Assembly (NCBI GenBank): GCA_014896355.1
Contig: JADBKO010000020.1
Span: 21,852 to 85,851, forward strand
Origin: Bacillota bacterium
GTDB taxonomy: Bacteria; Bacillota; UBA5301; Bu52
DNA: 64,000 bases
Direction of reading: 5' to 3'
Both the position numbers and the translations under genes were made by a program. The notes under the pieces are model-generated. The model ran no database searches and had not been told where the DNA came from. It saw only the letters and a list, made by a program, of their open reading frames with translations. Position 1 is the first letter of the stretch. Each line of letters starts with the position of its first letter. This document shows positions 60,379 through 64,000 of the stretch, in pieces.

Positions 60379-61822
60379 GCGCTATCAGGCTGCCAGCATG
60401 AGTGAGGCTATTCAGCAGGTCCGGGCGGACCTGGGGCGTGACGCCCTGATTGTCTCGTCGCGCCGGGTGCGCCGTTCTGGCTTGGCCGGCTGGTTTTCCA
60501 GGCCCTGGGTGGAGGTGGTGGCGGCCGTGGAAGGGCAGACGCGCGAAGCCTGGGCGGCGGGTGCGCCGCCTTCGGCGGTGTCGCCGGCGCCGGGGCCTGC
60601 GCCGCCGCTGTTCCGTCGCCCGGTGTTAGGGGAGTCCCCTGAGTTCCTACCCGGCGATCCGGCGGCACCGCTTCCGGAGGCCACGCCACGGGCGCCGGGG
60701 AGGCCGGATGCAGGGCCTCCCGCGCCAGGCACCGCTCCGCCTGTGAAGCCGCCGGCGTCTCCCCAGGTGCCGGTAACGGCGGCGGCTCCGGCCGCAGAGA
60801 GGCAGCTGGCCCAACGCCTGGAGCAGGTGGAAGGCCTTCTCCTGGGACTCAACCGGCGCCTGGAGGAGAAAGGACAGGCCACCCCGTTGTCCCCGGCCTG
60901 GCTGGACCTGTCGCGGCGCCTGCGGGAGCGGGGAATCTCCGAGGAAACCTTGGAACGCCTCCACTCTTACCTTTGGCGCCAGTTGCCGCCGGACCGTTGG
61001 CAGGATGCGCAGGCCCTGCATGACCAGGCGCTGGCCTATTTCCAAGGCATTTTTCAGGGCGAAGGCGCGGTGCCGGCGCAAGAGACGGCCCCCGTTCCCG
61101 CGCGCCGGGCTCACAACTATGTGTTCGTAGGACCCACGGGGGTGGGAAAGACCACCACCCTGGCGAAGCTGGCGGCGCGGCTGGCCTGGGTGGAGGGACG
61201 GCGTATCGGGCTCATCACGCTGGACACTTACCGGATCGCGGCTGTAGAGCAGCTACGGACGTACGCGGAGATCATGGGGATCCCCCTGGAGGTGGCGTTT
61301 ACCCCGGCGGATCTGCAAGCCTGTTGGCGGCGCCTGCAGGGGGTGGATGTGGTCTTGGTGGACACCGCCGGGCGCAGCCCGCGGAACTCGGCACAGATGC
61401 GGGAACTGAGCGAGCTTCTGCAGGTGCAAAGGGAGGTTGCAGCGTCGGGGTCGCCACCGGCGTCGCCGCTGGAGCCTGCGGGCCCTGCGAAGGCGGCGGA
61501 AGAGGGCAAAGCGCTTGCGGCGCCGCCTGGCGCTGCGCCCCCCCGGGGGAGCCGGATCTTTTTGGTGCTCAGCTCCACCACCAGCCGGGCCGACGCGGAG
61601 CTGGCCTTAGAGGCGTTTTCTGACACGGGTTTCAACGCTCTGGTGTTTACCAAGCTGGATGAAACCCGCAACTACGGCCTTTTGGCCGAGGTCGTCCAGC
61701 GGGCGCGGGTGCCCGTGGCCTACGTCTCTGATGGGCAGAATGTCCCGGACGACCTACACCCGGCGGATCCGCTGGGTTTGGCACGCCTCATTCTGGACGG
61801 CAGCGGGGAGGCGGGAATGTGA
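60368..61822 (+). CDS. flhF: flagellar biosynthesis GTPase FlhF (SRP-type)
   Basis: MKVKRYQAASMSEAIQQVRADLG... is the B domain. Pro-rich linker, then an SRP-like GTPase domain ([16 protein letters not shown]...DTAGR...TKLDET) with a Pro/Ala-rich insertion. Confidence 0.9.
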   Translation: MKVKRYQAASMSEAIQQVRADLGRDALIVSSRRVRRSGLAGWFSRPWVEVVAAVEGQTREAWAAGAPPSAVSPAPGPAPPLFRRPVLGESPEFLPGDPAAPLPEATPRAPGRPDAGPPAPGTAPPVKPPASPQVPVTAAAPAAERQLAQRLEQVEGLLLGLNRRLEEKGQATPLSPAWLDLSRRLRERGISEETLERLHSYLWRQLPPDRWQDAQALHDQALAYFQGIFQGEGAVPAQETAPVPARRAHNYVFVGPTGVGKTTTLAKLAARLAWVEGRRIGLITLDTYRIAAVEQLRTYAEIMGIPLEVAFTPADLQACWRRLQGVDVVLVDTAGRSPRNSAQMRELSELLQVQREVAASGSPPASPLEPAGPAKAAEEGKALAAPPGAAPPRGSRIFLVLSSTTSRADAELALEAFSDTGFNALVFTKLDETRNYGLLAEVVQRARVPVAYVSDGQNVPDDLHPADPLGLARLILDGSGEAGM

Positions 61823-62736
61823 GCTGGCAGGGCGACCAAGCCACCCGGCTCCGGCAGATGGCGGCGAACCGCGCCGCCGTCGGGCTGAAGCTCGCGGCTC
61901 AGCCGCCCCCACCGGGTCTGCGGATGGAAGGGGCAGCTCGCGTGGTGGCCGTTGCAGGCGGAAAGGGCGGTGTGGGGAAATCCACCTTGGCCGCCAACAT
62001 CGGCATTGCCCTGGCTCAGCGAAAGCTGCGCGTGCTTCTACTGGACGCCGATTTGGGACTGGGCAACGCAGACCTGCTGCTCGGCATCACGCCGCACGCC
62101 ACTTTGGTCGACCTTTGGGACGCCACCTGCCCCACAGAGCAGGTGATCACCCCGGGTCCGGCAGGGATTGGGGTGATCGCTGGAGCATCGGGCCTGGCAG
62201 AGTTGGCTCGTACTCCGCCTGGGCGGGTCCAGCAGCTGGTGGCGCGCCTGAGTGAAGTAGACAGGCAGTATGACCTTTTCCTGCTGGACGTAGGGGCGGG
62301 CATCGGGGAACAGGTATTGGCGTTCACCCTCTCCAGCGACCTGCTGATGGTGGTGACCACGCCGGAACCTACGGCGCTCATGGACGCCTACAGCCTCATC
62401 AAGGCCTGGCATCTGGCCGGGGGCACCGGATCGGTGCAAGTGGTGGCCAACATGGTCCGCAATGCGCAGGAGGGGGAGGACACCTTTGACCGCTTGCAGA
62501 CCGTGTCCCGGCGCTTTCTGGGGCGTGGCCTCTCTTACTTGGGTTCTGTGCAGGCCGACCCTTCCGTGCCCCAGTCTGTGCGCCTGCAGCAGCCCGTGAT
62601 GTTGGCTTTCCCCAATTCCAGGGCCGCTTGGGAGATCCGGCAGGTGGCGGCGCGCCTCCTGGGCCAGTCGCCCGGCCCCGGACGGGGCTTCGGGGCCATG
62701 CTGCTGCACACCTGGGACCGCCTGCGTGGATGTTAG
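61819..62736 (+). CDS. flhG: flagellar number regulator FlhG (YlxH; MinD-like ATPase)
   Basis: N-terminal DQATRLR activator motif, then the deviant Walker A VAGGKGGVGKST of the MinD/ParA family. Confidence 0.9.
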   Translation: MSWQGDQATRLRQMAANRAAVGLKLAAQPPPPGLRMEGAARVVAVAGGKGGVGKSTLAANIGIALAQRKLRVLLLDADLGLGNADLLLGITPHATLVDLWDATCPTEQVITPGPAGIGVIAGASGLAELARTPPGRVQQLVARLSEVDRQYDLFLLDVGAGIGEQVLAFTLSSDLLMVVTTPEPTALMDAYSLIKAWHLAGGTGSVQVVANMVRNAQEGEDTFDRLQTVSRRFLGRGLSYLGSVQADPSVPQSVRLQQPVMLAFPNSRAAWEIRQVAARLLGQSPGPGRGFGAMLLHTWDRLRGC

Positions 62737-62748
62737 GGGGTATGGGTC

Positions 62749-63411
62749 ATGTCCAACTGGATGAACCTCAAAATCGGCCAGCCGGTCCGCTTTTCCATCC
62801 CGGCAGGCGTGTTTCAGGGCAATTATATGAGCCGGTTGGAAGACGAAGACGAGGATACCCTGTTTTTCGCGGCGCCCACGGCAAAATCGGCGCTGGTGCC
62901 GCTGCATGTAGGCCAGCGGGTGCAGATTTACTACGTTTCGGACCAGCCCTCGGGCCCTGCCGTCTACGAATTTGAGGCACGGGTCAAGGGGTTGAAGCAG
63001 GAGCCGGTGCCTTTGGTCCTACTGCCTGTGCCGGGCAGCGTCACCCGCAAGCAGCAGAGGGCGTTCGTCCGGGTGGAGTGCGATCTTCCGGTGCGCTTCC
63101 GCCCGGCGGACCAAGAGAAGCACCCTTTCGCCTACAGAAACGGGCGCTGCCTGGACCTGAGTGGCGGCGGCCTGGTTTTGAGCGCATCCGATCCGGACCT
63201 GATCCCGGGGTCCACATGGGATGTGGAGTTGGCTTTGCCGGAAGGGAAGGTGGCAGCCAGGGCCAAAGTGGTCCGCCTCGTCCCCCGGAAGGACAAGTCC
63301 GGATACAACGCAGCCATGCGGTTTGTGGTGCTCGGCGAGCCCCTGCGGGACCGCATCATGCGTTACGTCTTCGCCCGCCAATTGGAACTGCGCCGCCGCC
63401 AGCTGATCTAG
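62749..63411 (+). CDS. PilZ-domain protein (YcgR/MotI-like candidate flagellar brake)
   Basis: N-terminal YcgR-like beta-barrel, then PilZ motifs RKQQRAFVRVECDLPVRF...DLSGGGL (RxxxR ... DxSxGG), the c-di-GMP binding signature. Located after flhG inside the flagellar operon. Confidence 0.85.
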   Translation: MSNWMNLKIGQPVRFSIPAGVFQGNYMSRLEDEDEDTLFFAAPTAKSALVPLHVGQRVQIYYVSDQPSGPAVYEFEARVKGLKQEPVPLVLLPVPGSVTRKQQRAFVRVECDLPVRFRPADQEKHPFAYRNGRCLDLSGGGLVLSASDPDLIPGSTWDVELALPEGKVAARAKVVRLVPRKDKSGYNAAMRFVVLGEPLRDRIMRYVFARQLELRRRQLI

Positions 63412-63448
63412 CGGAGCGGCGGCCCGATGATGAAGGAGGGATTTTGGT

Positions 63449-64000
63449 ATGTCCGACGGAGAGAGGAAACAAGAGCAGGCAGCCAAAGAACGGCAGATGG
63501 TGGTGTTTCGCCTGGGCCGGGAGGAGTTCGGGGTGCCGATTCTCCAGACCCGCGGCATCTATCCTTATCCGAAGGTCACGTCCCTGCCGCAGCTGCCTGC
63601 GTTCATCCAGGGAGTTTTCGACCTACAGGGGGAGATCATCCCCGTCGTGGACCTGCGGCGGCGCTTTGGCCTGCCGGAGCTGACAGAGGGTCGGCAGGAC
63701 AGCCGCGTCCTGGTGGTGGAGCTGGACGGAGTGAAGCTGGGGCTGGTGGTGGACACCGTCACAGAAACCGTCTGGGTGGCGGAGAAAGACATCCAGCCGC
63801 CGCCCGCGGCCATCGCGGGCATTCACGGCCACTACCTGGCGGGGCTGGCCCGCAGGCCGCAGGGGCTCCTGATCCTCTTGGCACCGGAGCGGATCCTGAC
63901 GGAGCCGGAGCGGGAGCAGGCCGCAGCCGTAGGCCGCACTCCGGTACCGGGCGGCGGCCCGGCGGTTCCGGGCGAGTCCGCGGGGCATGATGCCGCTGCC
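63449..64000 (+). CDS. cheW: chemotaxis coupling protein CheW, 3'-truncated by the window edge
   Basis: Not in the ORF track because there is no stop within the window. MSDGERKQEQAAKERQMVVFRLGREEFGVPILQTRGIYPYPKVTSLPQLPAFIQGVFDLQGEIIPVVDLRRRFGL...SRVLVVELDGVKLGLVVDTVTE is CheW. GAAGGAGGG site 8 nt upstream of the ATG. Confidence 0.85.
   Translation, partial: MSDGERKQEQAAKERQMVVFRLGREEFGVPILQTRGIYPYPKVTSLPQLPAFIQGVFDLQGEIIPVVDLRRRFGLPELTEGRQDSRVLVVELDGVKLGLVVDTVTETVWVAEKDIQPPPAAIAGIHGHYLAGLARRPQGLLILLAPERILTEPEREQAAAVGRTPVPGGGPAVPGESAGHDAAA

Overview
This is a high-GC (about 68-70%) chromosomal window that is almost entirely single-strand: every supported gene is on the + strand. Content and gene order are of the Firmicutes/Clostridia type and resemble a Symbiobacterium-like organism.

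**Gene order by block:**
- **1-15.8 kb:** the ribosomal S10-spc-alpha operons, from a partial rpsJ through rplC...rplO, secY, adk, map, a KOW protein, infA, rpmJ, rpsM, rpsK, rpsD, rpoA and rplQ.
- **16.0-19.0 kb:** the ECF transporter energising module ecfA1-ecfA2-ecfT, then a truA whose C-terminal two-thirds cannot be recognised.
- **19.7-26.2 kb:** ffh-rpsP-KH protein-rimM-trmD-rplS-rbgA-rnhB-yraN.
- **26.2-36.8 kb:** a frameshifted comM, a small Cys4 zinc-ribbon ORF, dprA-smg-topA-trmFO-hslV-hslU-codY.
- **37.06-37.2 kb:** a c-di-GMP-I (GEMM) riboswitch with an intrinsic terminator, immediately upstream of the flagellar operon.
- **37.3-64.0 kb:** a long flagellar/chemotaxis operon, flgB-flgC-fliE-fliF-fliG-fliH-fliI-fliJ-ylxF-fliK-flgD-flagellar operon protein-flgE-flbD-fliL-fliM-fliY-cheY-fliO-fliP-fliQ-fliR-flhB-flhA-flhF-flhG-PilZ protein, ending in a partial cheW.

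I found no mobile elements, CRISPR arrays, tRNAs or rRNAs. The long antisense ORFs in the six-frame track look like GC-rich frame noise.

**Observations worth a second look:**
- The GEMM riboswitch plus an operon-terminal PilZ protein give two-tier c-di-GMP control of motility.
- About 450 nt of unrecognisable, repeat-containing sequence replaces the 3' part of truA and the 5' part of a ylxM-like gene.
- comM carries a -1 frameshift inside an AT-rich patch.
- A roughly 470-nt low-GC pyrimidine tract extends the rnhB reading frame.
- FliK is unusually long at about 910 aa.
- A near-consensus sigma-A promoter overlaps the dprA stop codon.
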